From: Candidatus Marinacidobacterales bacterium
Lineage (GTDB): Bacteria; Acidobacteriota; Vicinamibacteria; Marinacidobacterales; DATDRI01
Length of the DNA: 64,000 bases
Assembly (NCBI GenBank): GCA_965219415.1
Contig: CBDCNP010000002.1
Location: 1,248,001-1,312,000, forward strand
Reading direction: 5' to 3'
The notes below the pieces were generated by a model that searched no databases, was not told the DNA's origin, and worked only from the letters and a program-made list of their open reading frames with translations. The number at the start of each line of letters is the position of its first letter. Position 1 is the first letter of the stretch. The position numbers and the translations under genes are program-made. Below are positions 19,965 through 28,263 of the stretch, piece after piece.

Positions 19965-22900
19965 TTACGGACGACCGCCGCTCTCTTCGGTGGGCGCGCT
20001 CGGTTCCGTGCCGCCAGGCTCGTCGGGTTTCTCGGGCTTCGGGGGCCGTGGACGATCCATGCTGAGGCTCACGCCGCCCCAAAAAGACTTTCCTTTACGA
20101 TCCACCTTGTGTTTCCCGTCGACCAAGTAGTTGAGGATCGCGGTGTCCCACTGCAGGCCAGCCGTAGCCACGATCTTCATCCAGTCCCCGTGCGCGGTCT
20201 CGTCGGGTGCTTCGGTCCCCCCGCTCCAGATGGTGACCTTGGGGTTATAGCCTCGCGGCCGCCGCCGGCCGGCTGCCGGTGCGCCCCCGTCGCGGGATGG
20301 CCCCTTCGCCCCCTTGAGGGGCATATAGATGAGCACGTCATCGACCATATCCAACCGGAACTCCTTGCCGTCGAACTCGGCGCCGTACCGGCGGTATCGA
20401 TCGTAATTCCGCTGGTTCATCGCGTAGACGTCCGGCGCGGCATTGATGGCTTCCGTGATGTAGTCGCGAATCTGGAACGCCGCCTCTTTGTGCCGCGGGT
20501 ATCGTGGGTCATCGAGGTAGCGGAAGCCGGGAATGAACCACCCCTTGTTCATGCTCCAGTTGCGCTCGGTGACCCGGCCGCGGCGGACTAGACCGGTGTA
20601 CTCGGAAAATAGCTGCACCACCTGATGCGAGGGATACCCATGTGGGTTCAGGAAAATGTCCGGTAGCCAAGTGGCCCAGAGCCGTGGGCGAACCTTTGCC
20701 TCGGGATAGATAGGCATCGGCTCCCGACTCCCGGAAGACGGCCCCATGCCGAGCGAAGCCAAGTACCCGGCGTGGAGTATGAGCTCGGGAGTGATCTTGT
20801 ACAGATCATAAGCAAGCTGGGCACCGTCGGCGTTGGTGATCGGATGGATCACGACGTTGACTTTGTTCAGCTTCTCTCTGTACTCGGGCTCGGTGAGCAG
20901 GCGCTCCGCCAGCTTCAGCACGTGAGACGTCGATGAAACCTCGTTGGCATGCTCCCGTGCCGAGTAGATCACCGTGGGCTTAAGAGTGGTCGCCTTGGTA
21001 TGGGACCAATGCGAGGCCTCGATCGGCGGCATGAGGTCCATCGCCCAGAGCTCCTTGCCGAGATAGCTTCGCCCGACTTTATAGACCGTCGCTTCGTCGA
21101 ACGTGGACATCTTGGCCAGAAGGTCGAAGGCCTCGGGAGGAGGAATGGGAGTGTCCCACTGAACGATCGGTGAGCCGTCGTACCGATACCCGGCAGGCAA
21201 CCGGTCCTTGATGTCGGGATAGGGAGTTGCGGCACCGTTCGGCTCGAGGGAGGCCACGACTTGCGATTCGGGGTCGACGTCGTGCTCCCAGCCCGCGGCT
21301 ACCTTGATCTGGGACAGGTCGGTGTACGCGAGTGCATCGGCATACAGGCCGCGGGCGCGCAGTCGTCCTAGATTGGCGATCGTCGCCGTGACCTGCTCGG
21401 CGGAGAGAATTTGCTCGTCAACCTGCTCCTCCCTCGCCCGCAAGATGAGCGCCGCGCGCTCGTCCGTTTCTGTATCGACCTTGATACGGACGTCCAGCCG
21501 CTCGAGCCCGACGTTTCCGTCGCGAACGAGCGCCCCGAGTGCTCTCGGCCTATCCATCGTGATCTTAGGCACGTCCAGTCGCATCTCGTCGGACGCGCCG
21601 CCGCGTTCCTTAACTTTGACGACGACGGCAGGACGGTGGGTCGCGAAACCGGTAAACGTGATTTTCGCGGTGCCCAAGTCACCGTCGCCTTTCGGACGCA
21701 TGATCGGAATGATCCGGCCCGGATAGATGATCTCCTGCCCACGAGAGTTCCGCCCTAGCAACTGGAAGAACTCGATGGTCGTGAAGTAGATCTCCTCGTG
21801 CAGAGCGTCCATCGGAGAGATGAGCTCCTTGTCCAAGTTCAGCAAGTAATGAGGCTCGCTCAAGCTCAGCTCCACGGTGAGCTCTCCGAAAAGCGGCGCA
21901 TCCTGGCCTCCACCCCGGGGGATTCCGTTGTGGAGCTCCATCACGTAGTCGTAGATGGCTGGAAGCGTTTTTTGCTGGTAATGATCCCAGAATTTCTCCG
22001 CGTCGGTCGGGATGCGCTGAGAGACCAAGGTAGTGCCGCCGCTGGTCGCTTCGATCCACCCGGTCGTTACCCGCACCAACTCGTAGTCGCGGAAACGATC
22101 AAAGTAAGGTCGCAGCACGTACCGCGGCTCGAAGGTCTCGCGGAACACTTCGCCACCATCGGGACCGGTGGCAACGGCTTGGTAGGTGGGAGAGCCGGGT
22201 GGTTCCATCTCGAAACGGATCTTCGCTCGATCCATTTTCAGGTCTCGCGCTAGAATCTCGTCGACGGGAAAGATTTCGTGTAGCCAGCGGATGGGGGTGT
22301 GAATCGCCTGTTGCGTCCATTCGTCTGGCGGATCGTTCTTGGCAAACTGGATCGTCAGCTGCTCGACCGTTTGGTCGGAGAGCGCGGGCCCTACGACCTC
22401 AGTCAGCCAGCTAAACCCTTGCTTGAACGCAGAGAGAACTTTGACGCGGGTGCCGCTTTCCGAGGCGCCGGCTTCGACCAGCTCCGCTCGCGCCTGCCCC
22501 TCGATGTCGGCGCGGATCGCTGGAGGCTCGCTGATACGCACCTCCATCTCCACCGGCTGACCCGGCCGGACTTTCGGCAGTACTTGCGATCGAAAGATGC
22601 TCCAAAACTCGTCGACCTCGGAAGGGATTTGAAACCCGTCGTCGAAGATGACGCTCGCTTTCTGGACGTCCCGGTTGTCGATCGTCACGTCCAGAGAGTC
22701 GGCACCGAGAGCGGCGGCATGCTCACGGATCATTTCGGCAAGACCGTCGTCTGGTTTTTCCACCGATACCAGCACTTCGGCCGAAACGAGATTCTTTTCC
22801 GAGAGGTCCGTAACGATCCGGTCGAGCTTGTAGAGAGCGATGGCCGCCTGCCCAGCTGGGGAGCGTCCGGAAAAAAAGTGCCATATGTCGTTCTCGATGG

Positions 22901-24260
22901 CGTCGATGGTGGTGCGGTCCTTACCCCTCTCCCATAAATTAGGGAGCCGCTCTGCCACTTGCTCGAGGGCACGCGCCACACCGGCTTCATCCCCACCGGT
23001 GATCACAAGCGCACTCTTTTCGCCGAACGCCTTAGGTATCACTTGAATAAGACCCTGGCCGGGCTCGAGGGAGTCCACCTCCAACTTGCCGTCCTCGACG
23101 AGCTTGTTGATCGAAGAATGCTCGCGACCGATGAGGACGAGGGTCGGCTGCTTTTTCGGATCGTCGATTTCATCCGGGGTCAGAGCCGCGGGAATACTGA
23201 TGCCGGCCGACTCCAGCCCGAGACGGGCCGCCAGGTCGACCGTGCCCTCGGTGCCACTTCCGGAGGGGCTTAACAAGGCGTCCACTCGATCCGGGATTTC
23301 GTTTTGATCGGAGTCTCCCAATAGCCCTTTGGGGGTAAACAGATTGGATAAACCGAGCTGTTTTTTGGGACCGGATCCTGGCCGGGCCGGAATCGGCCCT
23401 CCTTTCGGGTCCTGTGCCGCCTGCGGCAACTCGACGGCGCTCAACTCCGCGCCGGGAGCGGAAAGGACGATGCTCAGGCGTCGGGCGCCGGGATACGAGA
23501 GCGCGGGCCCATCATCGGTCGCGTCCTCACCCCGGTTACTGGCGAGCGCTTCGAGGGCCGACTTGGCCGGTCCCACCTGTTCGGCCGAGCCGAGCCGGGC
23601 TTCCACGACGACACTCTCGAGGGCCTTGCCACCCTCATTCACTCGAACGGTGGGGATACGTATCGAGCTCGCTTCCGCACCGTGTTCGGAGAGGAACTCT
23701 CGAACCTCCCCGGCCACGTCTTCGAGCGTCGTGCCCTTGGGCTCCCACAGGTGGGGCAGGCGCCCCGCGAACGCCTCGGCCGCCGCGCGCGTACCGGCCT
23801 CGTCGGCCCCGGCGATCACCAACCACTCGCGTCCATTGGCCGCTGCGAGCGTGACGATGCCCTCCCCGCCTTCTAACTCCGTGAGGCCGGCGTCGTCGGC
23901 CGCCACTCCGGCCCGCGTCACCGCGGCGGACCCCACGAGGATCGCCGGACCGGACGAGTCCTCCATGGAGCCGAGCGGGATGTCCATGGCCATCGTTTCG
24001 TAGCCGAGCCGAGCCGCGATGTCGGCCGCAGCAGCAATGTCACTGAGCGTGGGCGACTCCCCCAAAACGATGGAGGTGTCGACGAAATCGATGATATCGT
24101 CGCCGTTGCGATCTTGGAGGATCCGACCGGGCGAGAACACCGTCTCCAGTCCGGAAGGCGCAGGCTCTTGGGCGGTGGCGCCCGTGCCCAATACGCTTAA
24201 GAGAAGCACTGCGGCGAACCGCAGGCCGGTGGCGAGACTTCGGTCCTGGACGACTTCCAT
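19965..24260 (-). CDS. Giant exported protein with C-terminal M14-like zinc peptidase domain, paralog 1
   Basis: GAGGAG then ATG at 24260; signal peptide; GRSYLGKEL, AREHANE, PITNADG, NPHGY, TEAPDE. Confidence 0.85.
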   Translation of the reverse strand: MEVVQDRSLATGLRFAAVLLLSVLGTGATAQEPAPSGLETVFSPGRILQDRNGDDIIDFVDTSIVLGESPTLSDIAAAADIAARLGYETMAMDIPLGSMEDSSGPAILVGSAAVTRAGVAADDAGLTELEGGEGIVTLAAANGREWLVIAGADEAGTRAAAEAFAGRLPHLWEPKGTTLEDVAGEVREFLSEHGAEASSIRIPTVRVNEGGKALESVVVEARLGSAEQVGPAKSALEALASNRGEDATDDGPALSYPGARRLSIVLSAPGAELSAVELPQAAQDPKGGPIPARPGSGPKKQLGLSNLFTPKGLLGDSDQNEIPDRVDALLSPSGSGTEGTVDLAARLGLESAGISIPAALTPDEIDDPKKQPTLVLIGREHSSINKLVEDGKLEVDSLEPGQGLIQVIPKAFGEKSALVITGGDEAGVARALEQVAERLPNLWERGKDRTTIDAIENDIWHFFSGRSPAGQAAIALYKLDRIVTDLSEKNLVSAEVLVSVEKPDDGLAEMIREHAAALGADSLDVTIDNRDVQKASVIFDDGFQIPSEVDEFWSIFRSQVLPKVRPGQPVEMEVRISEPPAIRADIEGQARAELVEAGASESGTRVKVLSAFKQGFSWLTEVVGPALSDQTVEQLTIQFAKNDPPDEWTQQAIHTPIRWLHEIFPVDEILARDLKMDRAKIRFEMEPPGSPTYQAVATGPDGGEVFRETFEPRYVLRPYFDRFRDYELVRVTTGWIEATSGGTTLVSQRIPTDAEKFWDHYQQKTLPAIYDYVMELHNGIPRGGGQDAPLFGELTVELSLSEPHYLLNLDKELISPMDALHEEIYFTTIEFFQLLGRNSRGQEIIYPGRIIPIMRPKGDGDLGTAKITFTGFATHRPAVVVKVKERGGASDEMRLDVPKITMDRPRALGALVRDGNVGLERLDVRIKVDTETDERAALILRAREEQVDEQILSAEQVTATIANLGRLRARGLYADALAYTDLSQIKVAAGWEHDVDPESQVVASLEPNGAATPYPDIKDRLPAGYRYDGSPIVQWDTPIPPPEAFDLLAKMSTFDEATVYKVGRSYLGKELWAMDLMPPIEASHWSHTKATTLKPTVIYSAREHANEVSSTSHVLKLAERLLTEPEYREKLNKVNVVIHPITNADGAQLAYDLYKITPELILHAGYLASLGMGPSSGSREPMPIYPEAKVRPRLWATWLPDIFLNPHGYPSHQVVQLFSEYTGLVRRGRVTERNWSMNKGWFIPGFRYLDDPRYPRHKEAAFQIRDYITEAINAAPDVYAMNQRNYDRYRRYGAEFDGKEFRLDMVDDVLIYMPLKGAKGPSRDGGAPAAGRRRPRGYNPKVTIWSGGTEAPDETAHGDWMKIVATAGLQWDTAILNYLVDGKHKVDRKGKSFWGGVSLSMDRPRPPKPEKPDEPGGTEPSAPTEESGGRP

Positions 24261-24545
24261 AACCAACTCCTCAATTCAATTGGTTGAATTCTTTCTCTGC
24301 TCGATGGAGTGGACAGCCGACCGTAGCGTCGACATCCACGCCGAGGGCGGTCTGCAAAGGTTGGGGAGGCAGGGCGCGACGACCCACGGCAGCCCGTACC
24401 TACCATGCTTGGCGCCCTAAAACAATCCTCGGTCTACTTTCGGGCATCTAGGCCGAGGCTTACGACACTAGGTGGGTACCGCTATCATCGGCACGTCTGC
24501 CGGGGCGCTGGATGGTCCTCGGGAGGCGCCGTCGTGAGGCTTCGG

Positions 24546-24920
24546 TCAAACGTCGGGGGGGCCCTCGCCTTTCTCCCGCAAGATCGCTTCCAACTCGGCA
24601 ACGGCTTCCAGGTCACGCGGCCGGCCGGCTGCCCGCTTCACGTGAATCAGGTGCTCGAGTTCGAGGCAGCGGCACTCGATTCCGAAGACCTTGATCGCGA
24701 TAGTATGGGGCAGAAGATCTTCAAAGTTTCCGCCGCCCGTTATCTTGTCGGCAAGGGCGGCCGCGAGACGGGCGGTGTTGTCCTCGGTCCGCCGGTAAAC
24801 GACGTCGACATCCTGCGTCAAGCGGGCCGATCCGTGAGCCGCTGCCGCCACCCCTCCTACCAATATGAACTCGACACCGGATTCGGATAATGTACGGAGA
24901 AGAGCCTTGATGTCTGTCAA
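24546..24920 (-). CDS. Small nucleotidyltransferase (GGVA...DVD), probably internally deleted
   Basis: FILVGGVAAAAHGSARLTQDVDV and KRAAGRPRD; the middle segment looks short; TTG start overlaps the upstream stop. Confidence 0.7.
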   Translation of the reverse strand: MTDIKALLRTLSESGVEFILVGGVAAAAHGSARLTQDVDVVYRRTEDNTARLAAALADKITGGGNFEDLLPHTIAIKVFGIECRCLELEHLIHVKRAAGRPRDLEAVAELEAILREKGEGPPDV

Positions 24921-25114
24921 GGTGTTTCTTGGGCTTCACGGCCGGCCCGCCGCAACTCTTCCGCGAATCGCTGAAGCTCTATGAGCTTGAGGAGTCTCTC
25001 TTCCACCGAGAGCTTGAGGTTCTCGCGGATCAGAGTTAGATCGACGTCTTTCTTGTAGGCTTCAATGACCGGGTCGGGTCGCAACGTGGAGTGCTTCTTG
25101 CCCAAGGGAGTCAC
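24917..25114 (-). CDS. Small helical protein, putative antitoxin partner of the nucleotidyltransferase
   Basis: DPVIEAYKKDVDLTLIRENLKLSVEERL; TTGA coupling to the next gene; GTG at 25114 preferred over the ORF-track start. Confidence 0.65.
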   Translation of the reverse strand: MTPLGKKHSTLRPDPVIEAYKKDVDLTLIRENLKLSVEERLLKLIELQRFAEELRRAGREAQETP

Positions 25115-25128
25115 CGTCTCTTGGACAG

Positions 25129-25137
25129 ATTGTAGCA
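25129..25137 (-). promoter_or_regulatory. Extended -10 promoter element
   Basis: TGcTACAAT on the minus strand, 14 nt before GTG 25114. Confidence 0.45.
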
Positions 25138-25454
25138 CTTCTGGACGGAGTGGTCTCCCAAACCCACCTGGGCTGCCGATGCAGGGAATGAGCTGCGGCA
25201 GTAGAGGCGTAGTTTGCCGGTCCAAGGAACAAGCTGTTATGGGAAGCTCCGCTCTCAAGAACGTGATCTAACTTGATCACGCCTACCTCCTGTACGTTTT
25301 CTCCGGTGCCTTCGTCGCTGTTAGGCCGTGTCGAACCTCGGTCAGGCGACACGGCTAACGTAACGGATACGCCCCATCTTTTGGGATAGTGGACCCGACA
25401 CCCCGCAAACATTAAAGGCCCACTCAAATAGCATGTTTTGCTTCCGTGTAGCGG

Positions 25455-25470
25455 TGGCACGGAGCTTGCT
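25455..25470 (+). promoter_or_regulatory. Sigma-54 (-24/-12) promoter
   Basis: TGGCAC-ggagc-TTGCT matches TGGCAC-N5-TTGCW; intergenic, ~130 bp upstream of the gene at 25599. Confidence 0.65.
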
Positions 25471-25598
25471 CTTCCGTATGCTCGAGAATTGAAATTGGCC
25501 AACAGCGAGCGCGTCCCATTGAAAAGCCGACACCGAGTGCGACGATCTCAGTCGCCCTTCAGCTAGGCGTGACGTTCTAGCTAGGGTCTAAGGAGGCA

Positions 25599-26322
25599 AT
25601 GTCAATGAAAACCAAAACAATGACCGCGATATCGTTGCTGTTGGTGCTCAGCCTCGCATGGACAACAAAGGCTGACTCGGGTGCGAAACACGAGGATAAG
25701 GAAAACGACGGTGGAGATAAGCCGAGGTTCGGTGTTGGCGTGAGCTTCAGCCCCCTTAATACGATAGTACCCGAGATCGAAATCCCGCCCCTCCAGCTTG
25801 CCGATTTTCGCGTGGTACCTTTGAGCCCAGTCGCCGCTGCCGACCAGCAGAAAGACGAGTTTCTTGCGCTTGCGTTCGATGACGAAGCACGGCGCTCAGC
25901 TACTAGTGATCGATCACGCAGGAGCGGAAACGATAGGCAAACTCGTGGACGTGCGTCCGTCTGGCTTGCAGTTGCTCTTGCAAGGCCGTGCCGTTGAAAT
26001 ACCGCGCCAGGAGATTGCTGAGGTTAGACGAAACGGTGATTCGCTTTGGAACGGCGTCTTGCTGGGTGGCCTGTTTGGTACGGGCGTCGCGCTCAGCTTC
26101 ATCAGCCACGCTGACTGCCAGACTTGTAGCGCCTGGGAAGCTGCCTCCGTTGGGCTCGTTTTGGGTGGGGGTGGCGCTGCGCTCGGGGGCTTTTTGGACT
26201 ACATGCGGCGAGACACGCGAGTGCTCTATCGAGATGTATCTCGGGAGGCTGTGCCTGTGGTCAGGGTCGAGCCCATGATTAAGCCCGGTGGCTGGGGCTT
26301 GGCGTTGTCTTGGTGTTTCTAA
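25599..26322 (+). CDS. Exported/membrane hypothetical protein with Gly-rich hairpin, frameshifted near 25861
   Basis: AAGGAGG RBS and signal peptide; KDEF joins LRLRSMTKHG if one T is removed; DSLWNGVLLG...GGGGAALGG; ends in aromatic ALSWCF. Confidence 0.6.
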
Positions 26323-26529
26323 GATCATGCTTTCGAGCAACGGGTGAATATGGCGGCCTGCCCTCGGACCTCTGATTTCGCGTACGCCGTCACGTTGCAG
26401 CTACGATCGGCGCCGGCATTAGACCTAGCGCGAAGAGGATCGATCTAGCGCAGCAGGATGAGCGCGTTTACTATGAACGTGAAAATAGCCTTGCACAGGC
26501 TGAACAGTCAAAGAGCTAGTGGCTTACTT

Positions 26530-28236
26530 TCACCACGAAGCCGCGTGACCCTCCCGGCGTGAATCGGCGCCTCCGGAGAGGACCCCGCTCTGCGGGTAAA
26601 TCTTGATGGCGTGGAGCGTTCCCAGCCGCTCAGCGGGTTCCCGTAAGCGGTGCCCCATCGTGGACAAAGCCTCCCGTACCTCGCTCGAAAACGGGCGCTC
26701 CAACACCAGGTCGGTTCCTTCCATATAGGGGATCGAGTTCCGCAGGTAGCGAAGCACGAAGCGTGGAGCCTTCACCGCCGCGTGGGCGTCCATGTCGAAA
26801 TCCATTGCGCGCACTGCAACCTGCAGAACCGTTTGTTGGATCGTCCACCCACCGGCGGCCCCGAGCGCGAAGTAGGGCTCTTCGTGCCGCATGATGAGCG
26901 TCGGGCTCATGACGAAACGAGGGCGCTTTCCTCCCTCGATGTAGTTGGCGTCCTCGGGATCGGTGCTGAAGTACGACATGCCGTTATTGAAGATGACGCC
27001 GGTGTCCGGAACCACGACGCCTGCCGGAAGCATCAGCGTTTGAGTAATCGACACCACGTTGTGATCTCGGTCGACCACGGTGTGATGGGTGGTGTGATCG
27101 ATGGCGCTGGTGGTCGTCGTCGACCGACGGACAGGCGGATAGAACGACGCTCGTTTTAGATCGATGCGCGCTGCTTGCTCCCTGGCATATTCCTTCGAGA
27201 GCAATCGCGTAAGCGGAACCTCGGCACCCGCTTTGCCGACATTGTAGGCATCGTCATCGACGAAGGCCAGCTTCATCGCCTCTGCCGCTAGATGGATGAA
27301 CTCGGGCGAGTTGTGACCGAGAGCGGAAATCTCGAACTGTTCGAGAATATTGAGCGTTTGTAGGACCGTCATGCCCGACCCACCCGGGGGCTGGCTGTGA
27401 ACGTCATAACCCCGATAGGTGATCGAGAGCGGATCCGCCCACCGCACGCGATAGCTGGCGAAGTCCTCGACGGTAACGATGCCACTGTTTTCTTGAAAGA
27501 ACGCTGCGAACTTCTCGGCGAGAGACCCACCGTAAAAAGCCGCTGGGCCCTCCGCGGCGATGGTCTTGAAGCTCGCCGCGAGATCGGGCTGTTGCAGCAC
27601 CTCACCTACCGGCCAGGGCTTACCGTTCTTGAAGAAAATGCTTGCGCCGTAAGGGTAGCGTCCCACCGCGCCGCCAAAGCTCCCATTGCCGAAGGGATTG
27701 CTGACCGACGGGGTCATCGCGAAGCCGGCCTCCGCGTACTCGATGGCGGGTGCCAACACTTGCGGCCAGCTCATCGAGCCGTACCCCTCGAGCAGGGCGG
27801 CCCAACCTGCGAGGTTCCCCGGAACGAGAGGCGCGATGAAGCCGTCTCGGGCGGGGTGGGTACGATCCCAGAGCCGTGCGCCGGCCTCGTACATTTCCGG
27901 CGTAGCCGCGGCGGGAGCGTCGCCGACGAAGTCCACCGAGCGAACGCGTTTTTCTTTGGCGTCGTAGATCAGCGCGTAGCCGCCGACACCGCCCAGGCCG
28001 GACATCAGCGGCTCGCAAACGGCGAGCACCGCAGCGGTTGCCACCGCGGCGTCGAAGGCGTTCCCGCCTTGTTGCAGCATTCTCAGACCCGCCTGCCCCG
28101 CCATCGGGTGCGAGGTCACCACCATGCCGTTGACCGCCATGTTCTGCGCTTCGGTGAGCATGATGCTCGACAGGACGATGGTCCCCGCCAGCACACTCGC
28201 GGCGACCATCGCTTGGTATCGTCTCCGTCCTCGCAT
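26530..28236 (-). CDS. Gamma-glutamyltransferase-family Ntn hydrolase, exported, paralog 2
   Basis: GGNAFDAA; DH/TTHHTVVD; AAGG; C-terminal GADSRREG; colinear with 18275..19951. Confidence 0.88.
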   Translation of the reverse strand: MRGRRRYQAMVAASVLAGTIVLSSIMLTEAQNMAVNGMVVTSHPMAGQAGLRMLQQGGNAFDAAVATAAVLAVCEPLMSGLGGVGGYALIYDAKEKRVRSVDFVGDAPAAATPEMYEAGARLWDRTHPARDGFIAPLVPGNLAGWAALLEGYGSMSWPQVLAPAIEYAEAGFAMTPSVSNPFGNGSFGGAVGRYPYGASIFFKNGKPWPVGEVLQQPDLAASFKTIAAEGPAAFYGGSLAEKFAAFFQENSGIVTVEDFASYRVRWADPLSITYRGYDVHSQPPGGSGMTVLQTLNILEQFEISALGHNSPEFIHLAAEAMKLAFVDDDAYNVGKAGAEVPLTRLLSKEYAREQAARIDLKRASFYPPVRRSTTTTSAIDHTTHHTVVDRDHNVVSITQTLMLPAGVVVPDTGVIFNNGMSYFSTDPEDANYIEGGKRPRFVMSPTLIMRHEEPYFALGAAGGWTIQQTVLQVAVRAMDFDMDAHAAVKAPRFVLRYLRNSIPYMEGTDLVLERPFSSEVREALSTMGHRLREPAERLGTLHAIKIYPQSGVLSGGADSRREGHAASW

Positions 28237-28263
28237 GGCTGTCTGCCTCCTTGAAACTGTGGG

